DNA of 64,000 nt from Antedon mediterranea. Taxonomy: Eukaryota; Animalia; Echinodermata. Positions 39,201 through 54,095 of the stretch are shown here, piece by piece; position 1 is the stretch's first letter, and each line of letters begins with the position of its first letter. A program made the position numbers and the translations under genes. The notes below the pieces were generated by a model that saw nothing but the letters and a program-made list of their open reading frames with translations, had not been told where the DNA came from and made no database searches. The stretch spans positions 21,903,317 through 21,967,316 of the forward strand of contig NC_092671.1 of assembly GCF_964355755.1 (NCBI RefSeq), in the 5' to 3' direction.

Positions 39201-41699
39201 ACTTTGATGTTTTTGTGTGAAAAGTGTTATCGAAATGCTAAAAATGGTCTAAAACGGTTTATAATGTGATTTTAACCACTTTGATGTTTTTGTGTAACCA
39301 AGTTTTTTCGAAAATCACTAATTGGTCTAAAATGTCTCCAAATGCGATTTGAAGCTATTCTTAGCACTTTGATGTTTTTATGTTAACAAGTTTTTTCGAA
39401 AATCACAAAATGGTCTAAAACGTCTCCAAATGCGATTTGAAGCTATTCTAAGCACTTTGGTGTTTTGTGTGAAAAAGTTTTGTCGAAATGCTCAAAATGG
39501 TCTAAAACGTTTTTAAATAAGATATTAAGCTATATTGTGCTCTTTGATGTTTTTGTGTGAAAAGTGTTATCGATATGCTCAAAATGGTCTAAAACGGTTT
39601 ATAATGTGATTTTAAGCACTTTGATGTTTTTGCGTAACCAAGTTTCATCGAAATGCACAAATTGGTCTAAAACGTCTCCAAATGCGATTTGAAGCTATTC
39701 TAATCACTTTGGTGTTTTTGTGTTAACAAGTTTTTTCGAAAATCACAAAATGGTCTAAAACGTCTCCAAATGTGATTTGAAGCTATTCTAAACATTTTGG
39801 TGTTTTTATGTTAACAAGTTTTTTCGAAAATCACAAAATGGTCTAAAACGTCTCCAAATGCGATTTGAAGCTATTCTAAGCACTTTGGTGTTTTTATGTT
39901 AACAAGTTTTTTCGAAAATCACAAAATGGTCTAAAACGTCTCCTAATGCGATTTGAAGCTATTCTAAGCACTTTGGTGTTTTTATGTTAACAAGTTTTTT
40001 CGAAAATCACAAAATGGTCTAAAACGTCTCCAAATGCGATTTGAAGCTATTCTGTACACTTTGATGTTTTTATGTTAACAAGTTTTTTGGAAAATCACAA
40101 AATGGTCTAAAACGTCTCCAAATGCGATTTGAAGGTATTCTAAGCACTTTGGTGTTTTTATGTTAACAAGTTTTTTCGAAAATCACAAAATGGTCTAAAT
40201 TGTCTCCATATGCGATTTGAAGCTATTCTTAGCAGTTTGGTGTTTTTATGTTAAAAAGTTTTTTTCAAAAATCACAAAATGGTCTAAAACGTCTCCAAAT
40301 GCGATTTGAAGCTATTCTAAGCACTTTGATGTTTTTGTGTAAAAAGTGTTATCGAAATGCTCAAAATGGTCTAAAACGGTTTATAATGTGATTTTAACCA
40401 CTTTGATGTTTTTGTGTAACCAAGTTTTTTCGAAAATCACTAATTGTTCTAAAATGTCTCCAAATGCGATTTGAAGCTATTCTTAGCCCTTTGATGTTTT
40501 TATGTTAACAAGTTTTTTCGAAAATCACAAAATGGTCTAAAACGTCTCCAAATGCGATTTGAAGCTATTCTAAGCACTTTGGTGTTTTGTGTGAAAAAGT
40601 TTTGTCGAAATGCTCAAAATGGTCTAAAACGTTTTTAAATACGATATTAAGCTATATTGTGCTCTTTGATGTTTTTGTGTGAAAAGTGTTATCGATATGC
40701 TCAAAATGGTCTAAAACGGTTTATAATGTGATTTTAAGCACTTTGATGTTTTTGCGTAACCAAGTTTCATCGAAATGCACAAAATGGTCTAAAACGTCTC
40801 CAAATGCGATTTGAAGCTATTCTAATCACTTTGGTGTTTTTGTGTTAACAAGTTTTTTCGAAAATCACAAAATGGTCTAAAACGTCTCCAAATGCGATTT
40901 GAAGCTATTCTAAACATTTTGGTGTTTTTATGTTAACAAGTTTTTTCGAAAATCACAAAATGGTCTAAAACGTCTCCAAATGCGATTTGAAGCTATTCTA
41001 AGCACTTTGGTGTTTTTATGTTAACAAGTTTTTTCGAAAATCAAAAAATTGTCTAAAACGTCTCCTAATGCGATTTGAAGCTATTCTAAGCACTTTGGTG
41101 TTTTTATGTTAACAAGTTTTTTCGAAAATCACAAAATGGTCTAAAACGTCTCCAAATGCGATTTGAAGCTATTCTGTACACTTTGATGTTTTTATGTTAA
41201 CAAGTTTTTTTGAAAATCACAAAATGGTCTAAAACGTCTCCAAATGCGATTTGAAGGTATTCTAAGCACTTTGGTGTTTTGTGTGAAAAAGTTTTGTCGA
41301 AAATCACAAAATGGTCTAAAACGTCTCCAAATGCGATTTGAAGCTATTCTAAGCACTTTGGTGTTTTGTGTAAAAAGTGTTATCGATATGCTCAAAATGG
41401 TCTAAAACGGTTTATAATGTGATTTTAAGCACTTTGATGTTTTTGCGTAACCAAGTTTCATCGAAATGCACAAAATGGTCTAAAACGTCTCCAAATGCGA
41501 TTTGAAGCTATTCTAATCACTTTGGTGTTTTTATGTTAACAAGTTTTTTCGAAAATCACAAAATGGTCTAAAACGTCTCCAAATGCGATTTGAAGCTATT
41601 CTAATCACTTTGGTGTTTTTGTGTTAACAAGTTTTTTCGAAAATCACAAAATGGTCTAAAACGTCTCCAAATGCGATTTGAAGCTATTCTAAACATTTT

Positions 41700-44350
41700 G
41701 GTGTTTTTATGTTAACAAGTTTTTTCGAAAATCACAAAATGGTCTAAAACGTCTCCAAATGCGATTTGAAGCTATTCTGTACACTTTGATGTTTTTATGT
41801 TAACAAGTTTTTTCGAAAATCACAAAATGGTCTAAAACGTCTCCTAATGCGATTTGAAGCTATTCTAAGCACTTTGGTGTTTTTATGTTAACAAGTTTTT
41901 TCGAAAATCACAAAATTGTCTAAAACGTCTCCAAAAGCGATTTGAAGCTATTCTGTAAACTTTGATGTTTTTATGTTAACAAGTTTTTTCGAAAATCACA
42001 AAATTGTCTAAAACGTCTCCAAATGCGATTTGAAGGTATTCTAAGCACTTTGGTGTTTTGTGTGAAAAAGTTTTGTCGAAATGCTCAAAATGGTCTAAAA
42101 CGTTTTTAAATAGGATATTAAGCTATATTGTGCCCTTTGATGTTTTTGTGTGAAAAGTGTTATCGAAATGCTCAAATGGTCTAAAACGGTTTATAACGTG
42201 ATTTTAAGCACTTTGATGTTTTTGTGTAACCAAGTTTCATCGAAATGCACAAAATGGTCTAAAACGTCTCCAAATGCGATTTGAAGCTATTCTAAGAACT
42301 TTGGTGTTTTTATGTTAACAAGTTTTTTTGAAAATTACAAAATGGTCTAAAACGTCTCCAAATGCGATTTGAAGCTATTCTAAGCACTTTGGTGTTTTTA
42401 TGTTAACAAGTTTTTTCAAAAATCCCAAAATGGTCTAAAACGTCTCCAAATGCGATTTGAAGCTTTTCTAAACACTTTGGTGTTTTTATGTTAACAAGTT
42501 TTTTCGAAAATCACAAAATGGTCTAAAACGTCTCCAAATGCGATTTGAAGCTATTTTAAGAACTTTGGTGTTTTTATGTTAACAAGTTTTTTCGAAAATC
42601 ACAAAATGGTCTAAAACGTCTCCAAATGCGATTTGAAGCTATTCTAAGCACTTTGGTGTTTTTATGTTAACAAGTTTTTTCGAAAATCACAAAATGGTCT
42701 AAAACGTCTCCTAATGCGATTTGAAGCTATTCTAAGCACTTTGGTGTTTTTATGTTAACAAGTTTTTTCGAAAATCACAAAATGGTCTAAAACGTCTCCA
42801 AATGCGATTTGAAGCTATTCTGTACACTTTGATGTTTTTATGTTAACAAGTTTTTTCGAAAATCACAAAATGGTCTAAAACGTCTCCAAATGCGATTTGA
42901 AGGTATTCTAAGCACTTTGGTGTTTTGTGTGAAAAAGTTTTGTCGAAAATCACAAAATGGTCTAAAACGTCTCCAAATGCGATTTGAAGCTATTCTAAGC
43001 ACTTTGGCGTTTTGTGTAAAAAGTGTTATCGATATGCTCAAAATGGTCTAAAACGGTTTATAATGTGATTTTAAGCACTTTGATGTTTTTGCGTAACCAA
43101 GTTTCATCGAAATGCACAAAATGGTCTAAAACGTCTCCAAATGCGATTTGAAGCTATTCTAATCACTTTGGTGTTTTTATGTTAACAAGTTTTTTCGAAA
43201 ATCACAAAATGGTCTAAAACGTCTCCAAATGCGATTTGAAGCTATTCTAATCACTTTGGTGTTTTTGTGTTAACAAGTTTTTTCGAAAATCACAAAATGG
43301 TCTAAAACGTCTCCAAATGCGATTTGAAGCTATTCTAAACATTTTGGTGTTTTTATGTTAACAAGTTTTTTCGAAAATCACAAAATGGTTTAAAACGTCT
43401 CCAAATGCGATTTGAAGCTATTCTGTAAACTTTGATGTTTTTATGTTAAGTTTTTTCGAAAATCACAAAATGGTCTAAAACGTCTCCAAATGCGATTTGA
43501 AGGTATTCTAAGCACTTTGGTGTTTTGTGTGAAAAAGTTTTGTCGAAATGCTCAAAATGGTCTAAAACGTTTTTAAATAGGATATTAAGCTATATTGTGC
43601 CCTTTGATGTTTTTGTGTGAAAAGTGTTATGGAAATGCTCAAATGGTCTAAAACGGTTTATAATGTGATTTTAAGCACTTTGATGTTTTTGTGTAACCAA
43701 GTTTCATCGAAATGCACAAAATTGTCTAAAACGTCTCCAAATGCGATTTGAAGCTATTCTGTAAACTTTGGTGTTTTTATGTTAACAAGTTTTTTCGAAA
43801 ATCACAAAATGGTCTACAACGTCTCCAAATGCGATTTGAAGCTATTCTAAGTACTTTGGTGTTTTTATATTAACAAGTTTTTTCGAAAATCACAAAATGG
43901 TCTAAAACGTCTCCAAATGCGATTTAAAGCTATTCTGTACACTTTGGTGTTTTGTGTGAAAAAGTTTTGTCGAAATGCTCAAAATGGTTTAAAACGTTTT
44001 TAAATACGATATTAAGCTATTTTGTGCTCTTTGATGTTTTTGTGTGAAATGTGTTATCGAAATGCTCAAAATGGTCTAAAACGGTTTATAATGTGATTTT
44101 ATCCACTGTGATGTTTTTGTGTAACCAAGTTTTTCGAAAATCACAAATTGGTCTAAAACGTCTCCAAATGCGATTTGAAGCTATTCTAAGCACTTTGGTG
44201 TTTTTATGTTAACAAGTTGTTTTCGAAAATCACAAAATAGTCTAAAACGTCTCCAAATGCGATTGGAAGCTATTCTTAGCACTTTGATGTTTTTATGTTA
44301 ACAAGTTTTTTCGAAAATCACAAAATGGTCTAAAATGTCTCCAAATGCGA
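41700..44350 (+). repeat. Dispersed duplicate of about 25870-28520
   Basis: Offset 15832 (ORFs 27006/42838 share the TTTGGCGTTT variant). Shared GTTAAGTTTT deletion, GTCTACAACG and AAATAGTCT markers. Confidence 0.75.
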
Positions 44351-46354
44351 TTTGAAGCTATTCTAAGCACTTTGGTGTTTTTATGTTAACAAGTTTTTTC
44401 AAAAATCCCAAAATGGTCTAAAACGTCTCCAAATGCGATTTGAAGCTTTTCTAAACACTTTGGTGTTTTTATGTTAACAAGTTTTTTCGAAAATCACAAA
44501 ATGGTCTAAAACGTCTCCAAATGCGATTTGAAGCTATTTTAAGAACTTTGGTGTTTTTATGTTAACAAGTTTTTTCGAAAATCACAAAATGGTCTAAAAC
44601 GTCTCCAAATGCGATTTGAAGCTATTCTAAGCACTTTGGTGTTTTTATGTTAACAAGTTTTTTCGAAAATCACTAATTGGTCTAAAATGTCTCCAAATGC
44701 GATTTGAAGCTATTCTGTACACTTTGATGTTTTTATGTTAACAAGTTTTTTGGAAAATCACAAAATGGTCTAAAACGTCTCCAAATGCGATTTGAAGCTA
44801 TTCTGTACACTTTGATGTTTTTATGTTAACAAGTTTTTTCGAAAATCACAAAATGGTCTAAAACGTCTCCAAATGCGATTTGAAGGTATTCTAAGCACTT
44901 TGGTGTTTTTATGTTAAAAAGTTTTTTTCAAAAATCACAAAATGGTCTAAAACGTCTCCAAATGCGATTTGAAGCTATTCTAAGCACTTTGGCGTTTTGT
45001 GTAAAAAGTGTTATCGATATGCTCAAAATGGTCTAAAACGGTTTATAATGTGATTTTAAGCACTTTGATGTTTTTGCGTAACCAAGTTTCATCGAAATGC
45101 ACAAAATGGTCTAAAACGTCTCCAAATGCGATTTGAAGCTATTCTGTACACTTTGGTGTTTTGTGTGAAAAAGTTTTGTCGAAATGCTCAAAATGGTTTA
45201 AAACGTTTTTAAATACGATATTAAGCTATTTTGTGCTCTTTGATGTTTTTGTGTGAAATGTGTTATCGAAATGCTCAAAATGGTCTAAAACGGTTTATAA
45301 TGTGATTTTATCCACTGTGATGTTTTTGTGTAACCAAGTTTTTCGAAAATCACAAATTGGTCTAAAACGTCTCCAAATGCGATTTGAAGCTATTCTAAGC
45401 ACTTTGGTGTTTTTATGTTAACAAGTTGTTTTCGAAAATCACAAAATAGTCTAAAACGTCTCCAAATGCGATTGGAAGCTATTCTTAGCACTTTGATGTT
45501 TTTATGTTAACAAGTTTTTTCGAAAATCACAAAATGGTCTAAAATGTCTCCAAATGCGATTTGAAGCTATTCTAAGCACTTTGGTGTTTTTATGTTAACA
45601 AGTTTTTTCAAAAATCCCAAAATGGTCTAAAACGTCTCCAAATGCGATTTGAAGCTTTTCTAAACACTTTGGTGTTTTTATGTTAACAAGTTTTTTCGAA
45701 AATCACAAAATGGTCTAAAACGTCTCCAAATGCGATTTGAAGCTATTTTAAGAACTTTGGTGTTTTTATGTTAACAAGTTTTTTCGAAAATCACAAAATG
45801 GTCTAAAACGTCTCCAAATGCGATTTGAAGCTATTCTAAGCACTTTGGTGTTTTTATGTTAACAAGTTTTTTCGAAAATCACTAATTGGTCTAAAATGTC
45901 TCCAAATGCGATTTGAAGCTATTCTGTACACTTTGATGTTTTTATGTTAACAAGTTTTTTGGAAAATCACAAAATGGTCTAAAACGTCTCCAAATGCGAT
46001 TTGAAGCTATTCTGTACACTTTGATGTTTTTATGTTAACAAGTTTTTTCGAAAATCACAAAATGGTCTAAAACGTCTCCAAATGCGATTTGAAGGTATTC
46101 TAAGCACTTTGGTGTTTTTATGTTAAAAAGTTTTTTTCAAAAATCACAAAATGGTCTAAAACGTCTCCAAATGCGATTTGAAGCTATTCTAAGCACTTTG
46201 GCGTTTTGTGTAAAAAGTGTTATCGATATGCTCAAAATGGTCTAAAACGGTTTATAATGTGATTTTAAGCACTTTGATGTTTTTGCGTAACCAAGTTTCA
46301 TCGAAATGCACAAAATGGTCTAAAACGTCTCCAAATGCGATTTGAAGCTATTCT
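43891..46354 (+). repeat. 1209-bp tandem duplication
   Basis: Private variant ATCCACTGTGATG at 44101 and 45310, with identical variant order. Confidence 0.85.
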
Positions 46355-48539
46355 AATCACTTTGGTGTTTTTATGTTAACAAGTTTTTTCGAAAATCACA
46401 AAATGGTCTAAAACGTCTCCAAATGCGATTTGAAGCTATTCTAATCACTTTGGTGTTTTTGTGTTAACAAGTTTTTTCGAAAATCACAAAATGGTCTAAA
46501 ACGTCTCCAAATGCGATTTGAAGCTATTCTAAACATTTTGGTGTTTTTATGTTAACAAGTTTTTTCGAAAATCACAAAATGGTTTAAAACGTCTCCAAAT
46601 GCGATTTGAAGCTATTCTGTAAACTTTGATGTTTTTATGTTAAGTTTTTTCGAAAATCACAAAATGGTCTAAAACGTCTCCAAATGCGATTTGAAGGTAT
46701 TCTAAGCACTTTGGTGTTTTGTGTGAAAAAGTTTTGTCGAAATGCTCAAAATGGTCTAAAACGTTTTTAAATAGGATATTAAGCTATATTGTGCCCTTTG
46801 ATGTTTTTGTGTGAAAAGTGTTATGGAAATGCTCAAATGGTCTAAAACGGTTTATAATGTGATTTTAAGCACTTTGATGTTTTTGTGTAACCAAGTTTCA
46901 TCGAAATGCACAAAATTGTCTAAAACGTCTCCAAATGCGATTTGAAGCTATTCTGTAAACTTTGGTGTTTTTATGTTAACAAGTTTTTTCGAAAATCACA
47001 AAATGGTCTACAACGTCTCCAAATGCGATTTGAAGCTATTCTAAGTACTTTGGTGTTTTTATATTAACAAGTTTTTTCGAAAATCACAAAATGGTCTAAA
47101 ACGTCTCCAAATGCGATTTGAAGCTATTCTGTACACTTTGGTGTTTTGTGTGAAAAAGTTTTGTCGAAATGCTCAAAATGGTTTAAAACGTTTTTAAATA
47201 CGATATTAAGCTATTTTGTGCTCTTTGATGTTTTTGTGTGAAATGTGTTATCGAAATGCTCAAAATGGTCTAAAACGGTTTATAATGTGATTTTATCCAC
47301 TTTGATGTTTTTGTGTAACCAAGTTTTTTCGAAAATCACAAATTGGTCTAAAACGTCTCCAAATGCGATTTGAAGCTATTCTAAGCACTTTGGTGTTTTT
47401 ATGTTAACAAGTTGTTTTCGAAAATCACAAAATAGTCTAAAACGTCTCCAAATGCGATTGGAAGCTATTCTTAGCACTTTGATGTTTTTATGTTAACAAG
47501 TTTTTTCGAAAATCACAAAATGGTCTAAAATGTCTCCAAATGCGATTTGAAGGTATTCTAAGCACTTTGGTGTTTTTATGTTAACAAGTTTTTTCGAAAA
47601 TCACAAAATGGTCTAAATTGTCTCCATATGCGATTTGAAGCTATTCTTAGCAGTTTGGTGTTTTTATGTTAAAAAGTTTTTTTCGAAAATCACAAAATGG
47701 TCTAAAACGTCTCCAAATGCGATTTGAAGCTATTCTAAGCACTTTGATGTTTTTGTGTGAAAAGTGTTATCGAAATGCTCAAAATGGTCTAAAACGGTTT
47801 ATAATGTGATTTTAACCACTTTGATGTTTTTGTGTAACCAAGTTTTTTCGAAAATCACTAATTGGTCTAAAATGTCTCCAAATTCGATTTGAAGCTATTC
47901 TTAGCACTTTGATGTTTTTATGTTAACAAGTTTTTTCGAAAATCACAAAATGGTCTAAAACGTCTCCAAATGCGATTTGAAGCTATTCTAAGCACTTTGG
48001 TGTTTTGTGTGAAAAAGTTTTGTCGAAATGCTCAAAATGGTCTAAAACGTTTTTAAATACGATATTAAGCTATATTGTGGTCTTTGATGTTTTTGTGTGA
48101 AAAGTGTTATCGATATGCTCAAAATGGTCTAAAACGGTTTATAATGTGATTTTATCCACTTTGATGTTTTTGTGTAACCAAGTTTTTTCGAAAATCACAA
48201 ATTGGTCTAAAACGTCTCCAAATGCGATTTGAAGCTATTCTAAGCACTTTGGTGTTTTTATGTTAACAAGTTGTTTTCGAAAATCACAAAATGGTCTAAA
48301 ACGTCTCCAAATGCGATTGGAAGCTATTCTTAGCACTTTGATGTTTTTATGTTAACAAGTTTTTTCGAAAATCACAAAATGGTCTAAAATGTCTCCAAAT
48401 GCGATTTGAAGGTATTCTAAGCACTTTGGTGTTTTTATGTTAACAAGTTTTTTCGAAAATCACAAAATGGTCTAAATTGTCTCCATATGCGATTTGAAGC
48501 TATTCTTAGCAGTTTGGTGTTTTTATGTTAAAAAGTTTT

Positions 48540-51355
48540 TTTCGAAAATCACAAAATGGTCTAAAACGTCTCCAAATGCGATTTGAAGCTATTCTAAGCA
48601 CTTTGATGTTTTTGTGTGAAAAGTGTTATCGAAATGCTCAAAATGGTCTAAAACGGTTTATAATGTGATTTTAACCACTTTGATGTTTTTGTGTAACCAA
48701 GTTTTTTCGAAAATCACTAATTGGTCTAAAATGTCTCCAAATGCGATTTGAAGCTATTCTTAGCACTTTGATGTTTTTATGTTAACAAGTTTTTTCGAAA
48801 ATCACAAAATGGTCTAAAACCTCTCCAAATGCGATTTGAAGCTATTCTAAGCACTTTGGTGTTTTGTGTGAAAAAGTTTTGTCGAAATGCTCAAAATGGT
48901 CTAAAACGTTTTTAAATAAGATATTAAGCTATATTGTGCTCTTTGATGTTTTTGTGTGAAAAGTGTTATCGATATGCTCAAAATGGTCTAAAACGGTTTA
49001 TAATGTGATTTTAAGCACTTTGATGTTTTTGCGTAACCAAGTTTCATCGAAATGCACAAATTGGTCTAAAACGTCTCCAAATGCGATTTGAAGCTATTCT
49101 AATCACTTTGGTGCTTTTGTGTTAACAAGTTTTTTCGAAAATCACAAAATGGTCTAAAACGTCTCCAAATGTGATTTGAAGCTATTCTAAACATTTTGGT
49201 GTTTTTATGTTAACAAGTTTTTTCGAAAATCACAAAATGGTCTAAAACGTCTCCAAATGCGATTTGAAGCTATTCTAAGCACTTTGGTGTTTTTATGTTA
49301 ACAAGTTTTTTCGAAAATCACAAAATGGTCTAAAACGTCTCCTAATGCGATTTGAAGCTATTCTAAGCACTTTGGTGTTTTTATGTTAACAAGTTTTTTC
49401 GAAAATCACAAAATGGTCTAAAACGTCTCCAAATGCGATTTGAAGCTATTCTGTACACTTTGATGTTTTTATGTTAACAAGTTTTTTGGAAAATCACAAA
49501 ATGGTCTAAAACGTCTCCAAATGCGATTTGAAGGTATTCTAAGCACTTTGGTGTTTTTATGTTAACAAGTTTTTTCGAAAATCACAAAATGGTCTAAATT
49601 GTCTCCATATGCGATTTGAAGCTATTCTTAGCAGTTTGGTGTTTTTATGTTAAAAAGTTTTTTTCGAAAATCACAAAATGGTCTAAAACGTCTCCAAATG
49701 CGATTTGAAGCTATTCTAAGCACTTTGATGTTTTTGTGTAAAAAGTGTTATCGATATGCTCAAAATGGTCTAAAACGGTTTATAATGTGATTTTAACCAC
49801 TTTGATGTTTTTGTGTAACCAAGTTTTTTCGAAAATCACTAATTGGTCTAAAATGTCTCCAAATGCGATTTGAAGCTATTCTTAGCCCTTTGATGTTTTT
49901 ATGTTAACAAGTTTTTTCGAAAATCACAAAATGGTCTAAAACGTCTCCAAATGCGATTTGAAGCTATTCTAAGCACTTTGATGTTTTTGTGTGAAAAGTG
50001 TTATCGAAATGCTCAAAATGGTCTAAAACGGTTTATAATGTGATTTTAACCACTTTGATGTTTTTGTGTAACCAAGTTTTTTCGAAAATCACTAATTGGT
50101 CTAAAATGTCTCCAAATGCGATTTGAAGCTATTCTTAGCACTTTGATGTTTTTATGTTAACAAGTTTTTTCGAAAATCACAAAATGGTCTAAAACCTCTC
50201 CAAATGCGATTTGAAGCTATTCTAAGCACTTTGGTGTTTTGTGTGAAAAAGTTTTGTCGAAATGCTCAAAATGGTCTAAAACGTTTTTAAATAAGATATT
50301 AAGCTATATTGTGCTCTTTGATGTTTTTGTGTGAAAAGTGTTATCGATATGCTCAAAATGGTCTAAAACGGTTTATAATGTGATTTTAAGCACTTTGATG
50401 TTTTTGCGTAACCAAGTTTCATCGAAATGCACAAATTGGTCTAAAACGTCTCCAAATGCGATTTGAAGCTATTCTAATCACTTTGGTGCTTTTGTGTTAA
50501 CAAGTTTTTTCGAAAATCACAAAATGGTCTAAAACGTCTCCAAATGTGATTTGAAGCTATTCTAAACATTTTGGTGTTTTTATGTTAACAAGTTTTTTCG
50601 AAAATCACAAAATGGTCTAAAACGTCTCCAAATGCGATTTGAAGCTATTCTAAGCACTTTGGTGTTTTTATGTTAACAAGTTTTTTCGAAAATCACAAAA
50701 TGGTCTAAAACGTCTCCTAATGCGATTTGAAGCTATTCTAAGCACTTTGGTGTTTTTATGTTAACAAGTTTTTTCGAAAATCACAAAATGGTCTAAAACG
50801 TCTCCAAATGCGATTTGAAGCTATTCTGTACACTTTGATGTTTTTATGTTAACAAGTTTTTTGGAAAATCACAAAATGGTCTAAAACGTCTCCAAATGCG
50901 ATTTGAAGGTATTCTAAGCACTTTGGTGTTTTTATGTTAACAAGTTTTTTCGAAAATCACAAAATGGTCTAAATTGTCTCCATATGCGATTTGAAGCTAT
51001 TCTTAGCAGTTTGGTGTTTTTATGTTAAAAAGTTTTTTTCGAAAATCACAAAATGGTCTAAAACGTCTCCAAATGCGATTTGAAGCTATTCTAAGCACTT
51101 TGATGTTTTTGTGTAAAAAGTGTTATCGATATGCTCAAAATGGTCTAAAACGGTTTATAATGTGATTTTAACCACTTTGATGTTTTTGTGTAACCAAGTT
51201 TTTTCGAAAATCACTAATTGGTCTAAAATGTCTCCAAATGCGATTTGAAGCTATTCTTAGCCCTTTGATGTTTTTATGTTAACAAGTTTTTTCGAAAATC
51301 ACAAAATGGTCTAAAACGTCTCCAAATGCGATTTGAAGCTATTCTAAGCACTTTG
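48540..51355 (+). repeat. 1375-bp tandem duplication
   Basis: Private variants AAACCTCTCC (48821/50196) and GGTGCTTTTG (49114/50489). Confidence 0.85.
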
Positions 51356-54095
51356 GTGTTTTGTGTGAAAAAGTTTTGTCGAATTGCTCAAAATGGTCTA
51401 AAACGTTTTTAAATACGATATTAAGCTATATTGTGCTCTTTGATGTTTTTGTGTGAAAAGTGTTATCGATATGCTCAAAATGGTCTAAAACGGTTTATAA
51501 TGTGATTTTAAGCACTTTGATGTTTTTGCGTAACCAAGTTTCATCGAAATGCACAAAATGGTCTAAAACGTCTCCAAATGCGATTTGAAGCTATTCTAAT
51601 CACTTTGGTGTTTTTGTGTTAACAAGTTTTTTCGAAAATCACAAAATGGTCTAAAACGTCTACAAATGCGATTTGAAGCTATTCTAAACATTTTGGTGTT
51701 TTTATGTTAACAAGTTTTTTCGAAAATAACAAAATGGTCTAAAACGTCTCCTAATGCGATTTGAAGCTATTCTAAGCACTTTGGTGTTTTTATGTTAACA
51801 AGTTTTTTCGAAAATCACAAAATGGTCTAAAACGTCTCCAAATGCGATTTGAAGCTAATCTGTACACTTTGATGTTTTTATGTTAACAAGTTTTTTCGAA
51901 AATCACAAAATGGTCTAAAACGTCTCCAAATGCGATTTGAAGGTATTCTAAGCACTTTGGTGTTTTGTGTGAAAAAGTTTTGTCGAAAATCACAAAATGG
52001 TCTAAAACGTCTCCAAATGCGATTTGAAGGTATTCTAAGCACTTTGGTGTTTTGTGTGAAAAAGTTTTGTCGAAAATCACAAAATGGTCTAAAACGTCTC
52101 CAAATGCGATTTGAAGCTATTCTAAGCACTTTGGTGTTTTGTGTAAAAAGTTTTATCGATATGCTCAAAATGGTCTAAAACTGTTTATAATGTGATTATT
52201 ACTTTGATGTTTTTGCGTAACCAAGTTTCATCGAAATGCACAAAATGGTCTAAAACGTCTCCAAATGCGATTTGAAGCTATTCTAATCACTTTGGTGTTT
52301 TTATGTTAACAAGTTTTTTCGAAAATCACAAAATGGTCTAAAACGTCTCCAAATGCGATTTGAAGCTATTCTAATGACTTTGGTGTTTTTGTGTTAACAA
52401 GTTTTTTCGAAAATCACAAAATGGTCTAAAACGTCTCCAAATGCGATTTGAAGCTATTCTGTACACTTTGATGTTTTTATGTTAACAAGTTTTTTGGAAA
52501 ATCACAAAATGGTCTAAAACGTCTCCAAATGCGATTTGAAGGTATTCTAAGCACTTTGGTGTTTTTATGTTAACAAGTTTTTTCGAAAATCACAAAATGG
52601 TCTAAATTGTCTCCATATGCGATTTGAAGCTATTCTTAGCAGTTTGGTGTTTTTATGTTAAAAAGTTTTTTTCGAAAATCACAAAATGGTCTAAAACGTC
52701 TCCAAATGCGATTTGAAGCTATTCTAAGCACTTTGATGTTTTTGTGTAAAAAGTGTTATCGATATGCTCAAAATGGTCTAAAACGGTTTATAATGTGATT
52801 TTAACCACTTTGATGTTTTTGTGTAACCAAGTTTTTTCGAAAATCACTAATTGGTCTAAAATGTCTCCAAATGCGATTTGAAGCTATTCTTAGCCCTTTG
52901 ATGTTTTTATGTTAACAAGTTTTTTCGAAAATCACAAAATGGTCTAAAACGTCTCCAAATGCGATTTGAAGCTATTCTAAGCACTTTGGTGTTTTGTGTG
53001 AAAAAGTTTTGTCGAATTGCTCAAAATGGTCTAAAACGTTTTTAAATACGATATTAAGCTATATTGTGCTCTTTGATGTTTTTGTGTGAAAAGTGTTATC
53101 GATATGCTCAAAATGGTCTAAAACGGTTTATAATGTGATTTTAAGCACTTTGATGTTTTTGCGTAACCAAGTTTCATCGAAATGCACAAAATGGTCTAAA
53201 ACGTCTCCAAATGCGATTTGAAGCTATTCTAATCACTTTGGTGTTTTTGTGTTAACAAGTTTTTTCGAAAATCACAAAATGGTCTAAAACGTCTACAAAT
53301 GCGATTTGAAGCTATTCTAAACATTTTGGTGTTTTTATGTTAACAAGTTTTTTCGAAAATAACAAAATGGTCTAAAACGTCTCCTAATGCGATTTGAAGC
53401 TATTCTAAGCACTTTGGTGTTTTTATGTTAACAAGTTTTTTCGAAAATCACAAAATGGTCTAAAACGTCTCCAAATGCGATTTGAAGCTAATCTGTACAC
53501 TTTGATGTTTTTATGTTAACAAGTTTTTTCGAAAATCACAAAATGGTCTAAAACGTCTCCAAATGCGATTTGAAGGTATTCTAAGCACTTTGGTGTTTTG
53601 TGTGAAAAAGTTTTGTCGAAAATCACAAAATGGTCTAAAACGTCTCCAAATGCGATTTGAAGGTATTCTAAGCACTTTGGTGTTTTGTGTGAAAAAGTTT
53701 TGTCGAAAATCACAAAATGGTCTAAAACGTCTCCAAATGCGATTTGAAGCTATTCTAAGCACTTTGGTGTTTTGTGTAAAAAGTTTTATCGATATGCTCA
53801 AAATGGTCTAAAACTGTTTATAATGTGATTATTACTTTGATGTTTTTGCGTAACCAAGTTTCATCGAAATGCACAAAATGGTCTAAAACGTCTCCAAATG
53901 CGATTTGAAGCTATTCTAATCACTTTGGTGTTTTTATGTTAACAAGTTTTTTCGAAAATCACAAAATGGTCTAAAACGTCTCCAAATGCGATTTGAAGCT
54001 ATTCTAATGACTTTGGTGTTTTTGTGTTAACAAGTTTTTTCGAAAATCACAAAATGGTCTAAAACGTCTCCAAATGCGATTTGAAGCTATTCTAA
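50760..54095 (+). repeat. 1633-bp tandem duplication overlapping the 1375-bp one
   Basis: Private variant CTAATGACTT at 52371 and 54004. ORF pairs 51878/53511. Confidence 0.85.

Noticed and set aside
51878-53811. Overlapping 96-, 65- and 82-aa ORFs on both strands
   Set aside because: They arise from an extra tandem 87-bp monomer that keeps several frames open, and were then copied by the 1633-bp duplication.
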